A DNA stretch of 63,835 nucleotides, filler included, from Hyphochytrium catenoides (Eukaryota > Protista > Hyphochytriomycota), in assembly GCA_900088475.1 (NCBI GenBank). It is 6 parts of 6 records of this genome, joined end to end, with 100 filler letters (N's around TTAATTAATTAA, not from the genome) between each part and the next. Parts side by side here need not be neighbours in the genome. Positions count along the whole stretch, not along the records: positions 18,779 to 46,384 come from FLMG01004335.1; 5 more parts are not named here. One strand, 5' to 3'. Shown here piece after piece: positions 24,424 to 36,557 of this stretch. The translations under genes and the position numbers were made by a program. Position 1 is the stretch's first letter, and each line of letters begins with the position of its first letter. Below the pieces are notes generated by a model. The model searched no databases, had not been told where the DNA came from, and saw only the letters and a list, made by a program, of their open reading frames with translations.

Positions 24424-27400
24424 GAAATGACACACTAGAATCTAGGAAACCCTTACCTCAGGACAACAAGGGCGGGGATAACGCCATACTCCTTGAGCTT
24501 CTGCTGCGTGTTGGTCGCGTAGGAGAGAGAGGCGATGACAGCGCAGGCGGCAATCTTCGTCTCCAAGTCCTTCGCAGCCATAGACCGGTCAATAATAGGC
24601 GGAACAGCCCCTGAGCAACCCAGAACGGGAGAGAGAGAGAGAGAAGAGAGAGGGATCTCCGTTCAGTACCAAGATGGGCGGTAATGCTCAAGGAATCTGG
24701 GTTGGAAAGACACTTAAAGAGAGGGCCACTGATAGAGACTAGGGAGAGAGAGTGTGTTAAGGGCAAGGAATGAGGAGAGAGACATAGGATGGGGACGAAA
24801 GAAAGGATGCAGAGAAAGATTTAAAGACAGAAACGGTGAGGCCTGAACACGGCTGCTACCTTGGTCCACTATGGTCTCCACGCGTGACGGGTCCAAAGAG
24901 AGCATGCAGAGAGCGGCAGTGCAGTGGCGCTCGATGGTCACATTGCGCGGCTCCTCAGTCAGGAGAGAGACTAAACAAGGGACGACTCCCTCATCGACCA
25001 TCTGCTGCCGATTGCCTAGAGACGCGTATGGTTAGAGGCGAGAGAAGCTGCTACAGGCTCTAGCATTTCTTTGCTTCCTCCAGACATCTCGCACCGTCTC
25101 TCTCTCCTCTCCTTTCTTTATCACTCTGTCTCCGTGTCTCTCTCTCTCTCTCTTTCAGTCCCAGGAACGAATTCATAGGCACTACTCTGTCGCTACCTTC
25201 ATGGCATGCCAGGTTACAGAGTGTCGCAGCGCATCTCATCCTATGCCAAAAGCGAAATCAATGGCTAGAGCGGAACAAGAGGCAGAGACAGGAGAGAGAG
25301 AAGATAGGCTGACAATCATGGAAAGCAAAGAGGAATAAAAAAATAGGAGAAGAGAGAGCGGAAGGCGTCCCTACCGCGTCTCTTCCTGCATGCTCTTGGA
25401 GAGGCTGATGATAGCTGGGACTGTTCCTTCCCTGACCACTACCGCCCGGTTGGAGGCATTGCAGGAGAGATTGTACAAGGCATAGGCACAGCTCTTCCGC
25501 GTCTCCTCGCTCTGCTCGTTCGCCAAGTGGACTAGCGCTGCCACGGCGCCTGGACGTCGGAAGATAGAGAGAGTGAGAGAGAGACTCGGGAGAGACAGGG
25601 CAGAGAAGGAGAAGAAAGAATCTAAGGTGCTAAGGATGATGTTCGGGTAGGATGGGACCGAGTAGATTGGGAGTAGACCAAAAGAGGGAGCGAGAGAAGG
25701 AGACCGAGAGAGGGAAGAGAGAAAGTGGTAGAGAGCAGGGTTGAGGGCGAAGTACCGACAAGGACAATGGACAGAGACGACGAGAGAGAGAGGGGGAAAG
25801 AGGATAGGAGAGAGAGTAAGAAGAAGAGGGACGGTGGAAGACAGAAAGAGAGAAAGAGAGAAAGAAAGAGGAAGTATGTGTTTTGGGCTAAGAGAGAGAT
25901 AGATTTTTGGCCTTTACCCTGCTGCACGATCTCTGCTATGCTGGCTTCTACTGTCAGCAAATTGCAGAGCGCCAGAGTGCAGAACTGTCGGGTCTGGAGG
26001 TCCGCCACGCCAGACAAAGCTATCAAAGCCCCCACGCCGCCTAGCCCCGTCCGGAGTTAGTGCAACGAGGAGAGCGCGAAAGAGAGGAGAGAAAAGCTAC
26101 CGCCCAGAAGATAAGGAAGCAAGTGACGGGCAGGGACAGGAGAGAAGAAAGAGGACAGCACGGATAGGAAGAGCAAAGAACGGGAGAGGTAACGAGAGAA
26201 ACGCTCAAGAGTTTGAGAGAAAGAGAGACTGAGAGAAAGAGAGTCTGAGGGAAAAACAAAGAGACGAGTGATGCACTGGAAGGATGTAGCAAGGATCCTG
26301 ACGAAAAAGATGGAAAGAAGGGCAGATAGGAACCTTTCTCAATGATCCTGCTCCGACTCTCCTCATGGAAAGAAAGGATCATTAGCCCCTCGGCACAGAA
26401 GCGTGTGATTGTGGCCTCGGCGAAAGACTTGGCAATGGAGGTAAGCACCTAAGCAGCAACGGCAGCCACGAGATGCCAAACGAGTAAGAGACGAGCATAA
26501 GGGAGAGTGACGCCGAATACGAGAGATGGAGAAAGAAAGAAAGAGAGAGAGACAAGAGAGAGAAAGGGGAAGAGAGACCACCAGAAAGAGTGAAGTAAGC
26601 AGCGAGTGCGAGACCGTTTTTCTTGATTCGAAGAGAGACAAAGCCTTCCATTGAGTGAGACCAACGCGGGACGGAATGATAAGCGAGACCAAGAAGAGAT
26701 TGAGACAAGAGAGAGAGAGAGGGAGAGAGCCAGCATATATAAAAGAAAGGGGAAGGCAGAGAAAGGCGAAAGAAGGCTAGAAGGGCCTCACAGTGATGGC
26801 TCCTTCCACTATAATACGACCCCTACTGGGCGGGTCCTTGGCTAAATTGTTTAGCGCAGAGGCGATGTGAAACTGAGTATCGCGGTCCGGAGTAGAAGAG
26901 AGAGTCATTATCGATGCCACGGCGCCTGACAGGGGAAGACAAGTGTGGCGGAGAAGAGGGAGATGGAAAAGGTGAGAGATTTGAGCCACGAACACCAGGC
27001 GTAGAAGACAATATGAAGGAGAGAGAATAGAAAGAAATGCAGCCAGACTTGAGGACGAATGAGTTTGAAAAGAGAGACAAGTCGTGGGTTCGGGCGCCAG
27101 AAAGAGAGCAACTTTTGAAGAATACATGAGAGAGAGAGAAAGAAGCAAAGCCCTTGCACGGGAATAGAAGGGCAACCAAGGAATCTACACCTTTCGCCAC
27201 CATCTCCGCTCTGCAATGCTTGGCAGCAGAGAGGTTGTCCATCACAATGGAGCACGTCCGCCGGGTGCTGAGGTCCGTACTCCGGGCCAGTGTGCCCAAC
27301 ACCTGGACCACGCCTTCCTCAACCATCCGCAGTCGTATCCGCTTGATGTTACTCAGGTTACAGAGCGCTTGGGCAGCGATCGCCTTGATTTCACTGTTTC

Positions 27401-30391
27401 CCGTAGAAGCGAGAGCTACGAACCCTTTGATCACCCTGTGGCAAGCCGTGATGAGGAATGGCAATGGAGAATGGTGCATGAGGACAGAGAGACAAAGAGC
27501 GCGAGAGACTGCAAAAAACGGAGAGAGAGGGAGGCAGAAAGAGAGGAGAGAGAAAGAAGAATAAAGAGAAGGAAGAGGGTTCTAGATTGTAATAACTCGA
27601 TAGTGACACCAGAGAGGGCTCATAAACGGGAGGAAAGGGAAGGAAGAAGAAGTTGGTTGCTCATAACTAAGCGTAAAAAAGCCAAGATGCAGGAGAGAGA
27701 GAGAGAGCTACAGACACAGATGACCGCAGAGACGAAGATATATATTTTGGTAGAGAGAGAAGAGCCATCTCAGACTGCTTCAGCTAGACTCATGATCATT
27801 AAAAGGCGTAGTAGATCGGCGTTCCCCTGCTACCTCTCTATCCTTAGGTACGGCTTGTCCACACAGGTGAGATTGAAGAGGGCGCGCCCGCAAACAGTGG
27901 CCAGTTCCTCGTTGTCACTCATCAGAACCATCAGCGCCAACACCGCCCCAGCCTCCACCAGCTGAGAAGGGACGGACGAGAAGAAGAGGTCCAGCGGAGG
28001 AGACAAAGAAGAGCAACGGCAGCAGTTAGAGCAGGGAGGTAAGCCGTGTAGAGGCGAATCGAGAGACGGCAAGTGAAAATGTCTCTCAGAACGAGATGAG
28101 AGAGAGAGAGAAAGTGAAAGAAGAGAGTGAAAAGAGAACACGCCCCAGTAGTTATGAGAGAGACACGAGAGTCTACCTGTGCTTCTGCTCCATTCATGAG
28201 AGAGAGATTGCACAGAGCAGTGGCGCATTCCTTGTGTGTCTCTTCGTTGGTAGAGGCCGCGAGCTCGACGATAGTGGCGACTGCTGATCCTTGGACTAGA
28301 AATGCTCTGAGCTCAACGTTGGCACTAAGGTTTCTGAAGGCTGTGGCACAATAGGCCTTCGTCTTACGATCATCCACTGGCAGCAAGGAGGAGAGAGGGA
28401 GAGAGCCAAAGAGAAAAAGAGACAGAGAGAGAGAGAGACACACACACAGAGAGAGACAGAGAGACAGTGAGAGAGAGAGCGTGTACCAATATGAGAGAGA
28501 GTGGGAGGGAGATATAAGTTGCGAGAGAGAGAAAATTTGCAGCGACAATTGGAGCAGATGCAAGAGTAGGCAATCTAAGAAATTTACAAAGAGGGGAAGT
28601 AGCGCCCAGTGGGAAGAGAAAGAGCATCCCAACAGAGAGAGAGAGACATGCAAACATACATAGAGAGAACGGGTGAGGAGAGAAGTAAATTAAAGGATAA
28701 AGAATAAGAAGAGGAACTAGCAAACGGGAGAGACGTTAGCTCCACAGACCAGCAGCGAGCTCCACCAGTGCCTGGACTGCGCCTTCGTTGACCATTCTGA
28801 CAGCGTTCTCGTGATGAAAGGACCAATTCCTTAGGGTCGCAGCACAACGCTGCTTCGCCTCGAACTTGTTCTCCTTGCCCTCTCCATCCTGCTGTGCCTT
28901 CTCTCTCGATTCTGTCTGCTTTGTCAGCTTGCTCTCATTGTCAGGAAGACCTTCCTCACAGGCAGGAGACACTATTGCCTTGGAGTTGGAAGGCATGCCT
29001 GCATTGGGAAGGGCAGACCGAGGAAGTCAACACCAGGTGACGGTTTTAATGGAAGTTAAAAGAGGTTCTGAACCGGGGAAAAGGTGAACAATGGACTGAG
29101 ATTGTCTCTCTCTTGCATGACTAGGTGTGAGGCAAGACATCGGAGGGAGGAGAAAAAGAAAGACGGTGCAGCCAACAAACGGACAAGGGAAGAGCGGGGC
29201 AGAGATAGAGGTACATAAGGGAACAGAAAAACAGGCCAGCGCGAAAGAGACAGAGAGAAAACTAGGGGGGACCTGCGCACACGAGAGAGACAGAGAGAAA
29301 GAGAGAGAGGGCAGGGATTCGTCTTTTTCCTTCCTTACCAGCTGCGAGCTGCTTGAGCTCGAGTTGTCCCTTCATGCGACTGCGATAGACCATTCCATTG
29401 ACATAATTCCCCCGCGTGCCAAAGATATCTCCCATGTAACTGCGGAACACTTTCCCTTCTTCTTCCTGACCTTTCCCCTTCTCCTGTCCTGTCTGCGGCT
29501 GATGATGCCCGTTGATCAGCCCTTGGTGCCGGGCGGTCACCCTCCGGATAGCCTTGGCGGCTGATGCATATAGTATTCCATATGAGAGAGAGAGAGAGAA
29601 AGAGAGGGAGACAGACCGAGATCGAGACAGAGAGAGAGAGAGAGAGAGAGGGAGGGGAAGAGAGAAAGAGGCGATGAAAGAGGTGAGATGGATGTTTCTC
29701 AGGAAGAAGAAATTAGAAATGAGGAAGAAGAGATAGGACCAAAGATTGATAAAGGCCATAGAGAAAAAGGTAAAGCGCGATGCGTGGCAAGGGAGAGACA
29801 AAGAGCGTTCTAGAGAGAGAGAGAGAGTTAGAGAGCCTGGGAGATAGACAGGCTAAAGTAGAGAACGCGGAGAGACAGAAGAGCGAGGCTGAGAAACAGA
29901 CCTAAGGGCGCTGATGCTTGGTGTCGACTACTTTTCTCTGGACTTTTGAGCTTCTCGAGCTTCTTCTCTACATGGACACGCTTCGGACTCTTCTCTGCAG
30001 AGCTCGTGAAATACTTTCTATGAAGATTTGTTCTGCAGATAAGCGGTCAGTAAAGCTTGCGCAGATGAGAAGAGAAAGAGAGAGAAGAGAGAGAGAGAAA
30101 AGAGAGAGCGAAAGAGAGAGAGAGAGAGACACTATACCCGGCTGTGTGTGCTCTCTTCTTCGTTTGAGCTTCATAGTCATAGGTGAACCCGTTGGAGAAC
30201 AGCTCATCCTCGTCCCTGTTCTCCGTGCTGTCTGAGGTCGACTGGTCCTCGGGGATGATGGAGCTAAAGCTCATGCGCGAGAGGCCGCCAGGTTCCTCTG
30301 CCAGCTCGCCCAGGAGCTCTGAGGCAGGCACATTCGTGATGTTCGCATTGAGCTTCTTTGTCTCCCACTCCCAAAGGGTCCCGAGGTTCAT
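18779..30391 (-). CDS. Very large armadillo-repeat protein ('Vac8-like'), more than 20 exons, 3' end missing
   Basis: ATG at 30391 (MNLGTLWEWE..). Repeated ARM units include KQRCAATLRNWS..MVNEGAVQALVEL, YCATAFRNLS, ECATALCNLS, IAAQALCNLS..MVEEGVV, RRRCAAAFCNLS and DCGKALCNLSCH..VREGAV. The junctions I checked are GT-AG and in phase. The last exon runs into the spacer. Confidence 0.9.
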
Positions 30392-31631
30392 GATGCGCTA
30401 GTTTTCTGGGGCCACCAGCCAGGAGCGGACGAGACGGTGCCTTGGGGAAGGCGCGTTGGCCCTTATGGCAGCGGCTGGGAGAGCAGGATGTCCAGCATAG
30501 AGCAGTAGCTTGGCATTGCCTCAGCTCAGTATTGGGCGGACGCAGTCATGAAGGCTCCCGATGGGCTATCACAGTGGATCCTGGGCTCGTGGCGCTTCTC
30601 TTTCCTTTCTCTCTCTCTCTTTAGGACGTGCGAGGTTGGACCCGATTGCAAGAGACTATAGAGGATGAGTTCATCTACCACCCTAGGTTATTAGAGAGAG
30701 CTCTTCGTTTATTCTTTAAAGGAGAGCTCTCTCTGTCCCCAGCGACTAGCCTCTCTTGCTAGGCTCGCCTCTCCATCTCCATTGCTGCATCTTCCCCTTG
30801 TCTCTGCTCTCTTCCTCGCTCGCGGTTCGTTATCTTAGTCACTTCTGTTTCCTCTTCATCTCCCGCTTCCTCTCTCTCATTCTCTCTCTCTCTCTTCTCT
30901 CTCCCCAACTCCAGTTCCGCGCTCTCTCTTCTCTCTCTCCCTCTGTCTCTCGATTTCTCTCCCTCGCTCTCCCTCTGTTCTCCATCTTCTCTATCTCTCT
31001 GTCTCTCTCTCTCCTATCTGTGTGTCTCTCTCTCTCTCTTTTCTCTCTCTCCAGCTCTCTCTCTTCGCTATTTCCCTCTTCCCGTCTTCTCACTCTTACA
31101 AAAATCCGTTTCAGGGTCATCTCAAAATGTGCTATCGCTGTACGTTCATTTACCTAAATAGATCTAGAAGTATGGTCAAGGACGCACCTTATGCGCACCA
31201 GCCTAGATCAAGCCAGAATCTTAGTCTGATTACTGATGACTATGAAAGACGATAGTCCAATATTAGTTATCAAAGAGCGCTATTGTGATTTGCGAAAGCA
31301 GGAGCTCCACCTTCTGAAGCTTCTGCGGTGTGGAAGAGCAAGCGCTCACGGAGATATCTGCAGATGGAGATTATTGGCATTCTGCTTGGGCAGCAGGAAG
31401 ACCTTATAAGGGAGATCACACTCTCATCAGTGTATTACAGAACAGGCAGGATTGGAGCTGCGTAAGGAAGCAGGAGATTTCGGCTGGGGACACTAATCGT
31501 AGGTCGTATAGTAAGGTTTAGGTACAGATATCCATGGGACTGGTTGAGAAGTAAGGGCGACGAGACTTTCTCCGCTCATACCTAGTAGAACATTACTGCT
31601 GGAACCAAGTCAGGAAAGCTGAGCCGTCAAA

Positions 31632-34600
31632 ATGACAGAGGTGAGTTTTTCTGTGCTCGTAGCGATCATATAGTTCTGAAAGGAAGTCCCGGTGTTGCTG
31701 TCTGTCGCTCTTCTACAGGTCGCATCAGCTCCAAACGGCACTGCAGGACCGACTCCTGCTCCGGTTACCGGAGTGATCTACCCACCACCGTCAATCCGAG
31801 ACGTTATCGACAAGACAGCCCAATTCGTGGCAGCACATGGCCGCAGTTTTGAGGAGAAGATTCGAGCAAACTTGGAGAATGAGCAGAATGCGAAGAAGTT
31901 TTCTTTTCTAAGGCTCAGTGATCCCTATCACGCTTACTATGAGCTCAAAATCCAGCAGCTCATCACCGGCGAGGACGGCCAGGAAGGTCCAGAAGAAGAT
32001 AATAAAGCAGACGGAGCACCACCTGCTGCCCCAGCAGCAACCGTCAAACCAAAGCTTGATGATGCTGAGGTGTCCAAGGTACGAGGATCATAGTGCAATG
32101 TGATAAGCGATAATTCTTTAATCTATACTGAGCCTTTGATCCTTGGGCAGGAGGCCAAAGATGCGAAAGCGGTCACCGTAGCACGTGCTCCTGTAGCGTC
32201 CATAGCGGCAAGAGCGGCCAAGACCATGCCAAAGGAGCCTCCGCCTCCTGAAGAGTTCAAAATCTACCATCCGCAGCTCTCAGCTCTTGATAGCGACATT
32301 ATAAAGCTTACCGCGCAGTATACAGCCGTTGGAGGGAGACAGTTTCTCTCTGGTTTAGCGGCAAGAGAACAGGTATACTGATGGACAGACATAACAGGCG
32401 ACAAGGGTCGGAGCCACAATGAGAAAGAGGAGTTTTCCAAGAGTCAGGAGGACTTTTAAGCATAAATCTCTCTATGTCTCTCTCCCTTTTCTCTCTTTTC
32501 TTCTTCTCTCTCTCCCTCTGTCGCTTGCTCTAGTCTTTATCTGAACAAGCGCTGTTCACAAGGAAGGTTGACCTCACCTCTTCACTCTACATTTGACAGA
32601 GAAACCCTCAGTTTGACTTCTTGAAGCCTTCCCATGCGCTCTTTGGCTACTTCACCTCTCTGGTCGATACGTACACGAAGGTTCTATCAGCCAATGCTGC
32701 GCCTCAAGTTCGACAGCGCATAAAGCAGGTGAAGTGTCAGCAAACAAGCTCATTCTTACTTCCGGCTACTGGGCCTATCCCTATCTGCATTCTCTTTGAA
32801 CAGCTGCCAAGACTAACCTCCTCGCGATGTAGGCGCAGGAGAACCGTTTGTCCGTGCTGGACAGGTGTTTACACAGGTTAGAATGGACACGAATGGAAGA
32901 AGAACGGAAAAAGGTCAGCCCTTGGTGCTCTCTCTCTCTTTCTTCCTCCATCTCTCGGTATGCTCTCCATATCTGCGCTGCTCTGCGGGGGCCAAGAAAA
33001 CTATGAGATAGGGCTCACCGTGGACCCTCTTTTACACCCATAGGCGGCTCAAGCTCAGGAGGATGCAGACCGTATGGCCTTTCTTAGCGTCGACTGGCAT
33101 GACTTCGTCGTCGTGGAGACCATAGACTTCAAGGATGCGGACGACCAGCCTGCAGCGCCCGGTACGTACTTTCAAGCCGGTGATAGCAAAAGAAAAAGGG
33201 ATTATGGGAAGTGGCGAAAGAAGTTGATTGCCGTGGTAGTGTTATGATTGTAGCGCAGGCAAGAGAGAGACGAGGACGGGGGCTTGTCTCGAGGAAAGCT
33301 AACTTTGGTGACCTTACGCCTCCCACAGAAGCGAATGACATGGAGATGGAGATGGACATGGACGAGAGTGAAGAGGAGGAGGAGCCTGCAAAGCCCATCC
33401 CTGCCCATTATGAAGAGGAAGAGAACATTCGTATCGTCACAGACTACAAGCCCCAAGTGGGAGCCAACAAGCCTTCAGATGCCCCGCAGGTAGCGAACAA
33501 TTCTAGTCGTTCGGCTCTCTCTCTCTCTTCTCTCTCACATGCAGTGTTTAGCTCTAGAATTCATCTCCGCTTCTCCGCCTTGAACAATTCGTCTACTCCT
33601 CAACGACTTGTCACTCAGCTCTCTTCCACCGAGTCCTGTCTTTCCTCTCAATCGTATATGCTGACCTCTGTCTCCGTCGTTGTTTCTCTCTTTCACTTTG
33701 TAACGCGCTGCTTCCTTCTCGCAGTATATGTTGGATCCTGCAGGCCGTCAGATCCCTCTTTCGGAGGTGGGAGAGCATATGCGTATCGAGTTGCTCGATC
33801 CTAAGTGGAGAGAAGAGGAGCAAAGACGGCGAGACAAGCAGAAAGAAACGTCATACGCTGCAGGCGAAGCTATTGCGCAGAACTTGCAGAGACTCGCCAA
33901 AAAGGTATCGCCTTAGTGACCCTAAAGAGAAGCGGTTCTGAGCGGAATTCTAGGAGAGACAATGAGGTTCCGACACCTTCCGTTCCCTTTTTGACGCCCC
34001 ACAGAGAACAGATATCTTTGCAGCTCCAGAGGGAGAAGAGACTGCTCCTTCGGAACCGCAGAAAGAAAAGGTTAGCTTTTCCCTTATCTTAAAACTCAAC
34101 CGCCTACAGTTCAAGCAATAGGACCTGTCCTCGTCAACCTTCATTAAAGTTTTGCAAGGAGTCTACTTTCTATAGCTCTAGCTCCTTGATGCACAAGCCC
34201 TATAAGGTTTGACTTCTGCTCTGATTTCCAGGTCACATGGGACGGCTTCAGCTCAAGCATCGCGGCAACCAAAGCTGCGGCGGCAGCGCAGAATACTGCC
34301 CAACCGAGAGAGGTTCGTCTGCGCCTCACGCCTCCCTTCGTATCCCTTCCTTCTTTGTTTCTCATTGCTCATGTTGGTTCTTTGATCCGTGGGAAGTAAA
34401 GCTTCAGAAGGCCATTAATTTAACTACGTGGGCAGGACTCACGGTCGAACATCGGCCCTTCAGCTCATCAGCAGGGAGGCCTATCTCAAGGAGCCTTGCC
34501 TACTCCCGCCCCTCCTTCCCAACAGCCACGGCCGCCCTACGGTCAAGGACCTCCTCAGCATCACCCGCCGCCGCAGCAGCATGGCGATCATCGAGGAGGA

Positions 34601-36374
34601 CCGCCTGGCTTCATGGGAGGCCCCCCTGGTATGCACGGAGTCCTGGGCAATCCTTATATGCAGGTGAGACAAATGTGGCAGTGTTGTTGGTCTCCATATC
34701 GATGTTCCTGTCTTTTGTGAGGCCTCTTTCGCTCATTACACGGCTTTTCTATGTAGTCTCTTCCCCTCTTTTGTGCACCCTCTCAGCTTCTCTTCCCTCC
34801 TGTATCTTCCTGTTGGTGAGCTTGCCTCTGGCTTCTCGTGCTAACGTAAACATGTTGTCTACTTAGCGGGGTCCCCCAGGAATGGCTCCTGTGCCGCGGC
34901 CTCAGGTACGTACAATAGCTGGACAGCTGGGGCCTGCCTTCCTTCACCGTGCTCGTCTTCCTTGCTTGCTATGATGTTTCTCTCCTTCGTCTTAATTGTC
35001 CATCCTACTATTTCCTCTTTCTCCCTCTTTCTTTCTGGTGAAGGTTGTGTCGGTTTGTCGCTCTGTCTCATTCTTGCCTCTCCCTCTTGCCGTGAAGAGT
35101 AACGTCTGTTTGTCTGTTTATTCGTTAGATGCCAATGGGCATGATGGGCGGGCCAGGACACGGTCTCATGGGACCACCAGGAGGCCATCCAGGCGGCATG
35201 ATGGGACCACCAGGCCGCGGGCCTCCGGGCGGCTTCATGGGTCCTCCGGGCGGCTTCATGGGTCCTCCAGGAGGCATGATGGGACCGCCTGGAGGCATGG
35301 GCATGGTCAGTCTACCAGCGCCTTTTGTTCATCACCTCCCAGACAGGAGGTGCTTACGTCAGCTTTCTCTCTCTCTCTCTTCTCTCTCTCTTTTTCTCTC
35401 TCTCTTCTTGTCATTCCATCCTTCTCCTTCGCAACTCAATGTAGGGCGGATTCAATGGTATGGGGCCTGGTGGTCAAGATGGTTTTGGAGAGCCATTTGC
35501 AAAGAGACAGAGGACAGATATGGGCACAATTCCAGAGGAAGAGTTTGCAGCAATGTTCAACGTAAGATTGCATCTTCCTCAGGTTCTACTCTAGCACATC
35601 CGCCTTTCTTCTACCATGTGGAACCATAGTCGGACGGTGGCTCAGGAAAATATGCTGAAGGTTCTCTATCTAGATATAGATATATAACCTTCTCTCTTTC
35701 TCTCTCTCTCTCCTGCGTTAGGGCCCAATAATGATCCGCGTCCGAGTACCTCTGGACAACAGCAACGCACAGTGGAATATGAACGGACAAATTTTAGAAG
35801 TGCCTGTCGAGGTGCGAAGTGCGGTGAAGGTTCTGAAGGAGAAGATCTCGGTAAGGAAGAGAACAAAAGCAAGAGAAACTGCAGAGATCGGCTAGCATCT
35901 TACAGGTTCTCCTCCTTGCTCCCTCTCTCTCTCTCTTGTAAATAGGAAAAGCTTGGCAATATGCCTGTCAACAAAATTCAGCTGAAGACAGAAGCCGGCT
36001 TTCTGAAGGTAAGCACAGCTCACTTTATAGTTTACAAATATAGATAGGAGCTCTAGGGATGGTGATATAGAGAAGGCAGGCAAGGCAACATATGCAAAAG
36101 ACACAGGCAGCCAGACAGAGACAGGGAAGAGAATGAGGTTGCCCGCGAGATAAAGAGAGAGAGAGAGACAGAGATGAATAGTGGGAGACGCCAGGTGGCC
36201 AAAGAAGTCGAGGACAGTCCAAGGCGCATCTAAGCTTATAGAGGGCCAGCACGTTCCCAGTCAGTAACCAAAGCTTCTGTCGAGCAGGATGCGCAGACAC
36301 TCGCCCAGCTGAACCTAGGCCAGGGCAGCTTTGTGGAGCTCTCGCTGAGAACAAGAGGAGGCGGCAAGCGATAG
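31632..36374 (+). CDS. SF3A1: Splicing factor 3A subunit 1 (two SURP domains, PRP21-like region, C-terminal ubiquitin-like domain)
   Basis: A three-codon first exon (ATG ACA GAG|gt) is followed by GVIYPPPSIRDVIDKTAQFVA..DPYHAYY, DIIKLTAQYTA..RNPQFDFL, VDWHDFVVVETIDF, EHMRIELLDPKWREE and a Pro/Gly/Met-rich tract. The C-terminus is GFLK|DAQTLAQLNL..LSLRTRGGGKR*. Confidence 0.96.
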
Positions 36375-36557
36375 GTCTCATGGGGCTTCTTCATGTTCTT
36401 CTCATGGATTGTATGCACTAAATAAAACAAGGGACTGCAAGACTCTGTTTGGTCCTTGTTGCCAGGCACAAAGGTTTGCTGCCAACATTGCGAGGCTTCG
36501 ATGAAGCGATGGCAAGCGGGCGAGAGGAGATGGGATGAGGACGATCGTTCTGAAGTA

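Noticed and set aside
17733-30391. ARM gene and ankyrin exons as one fused gene
   Set aside because: They share a strand but are separated by an artificial spacer, so there is no evidence of continuity.
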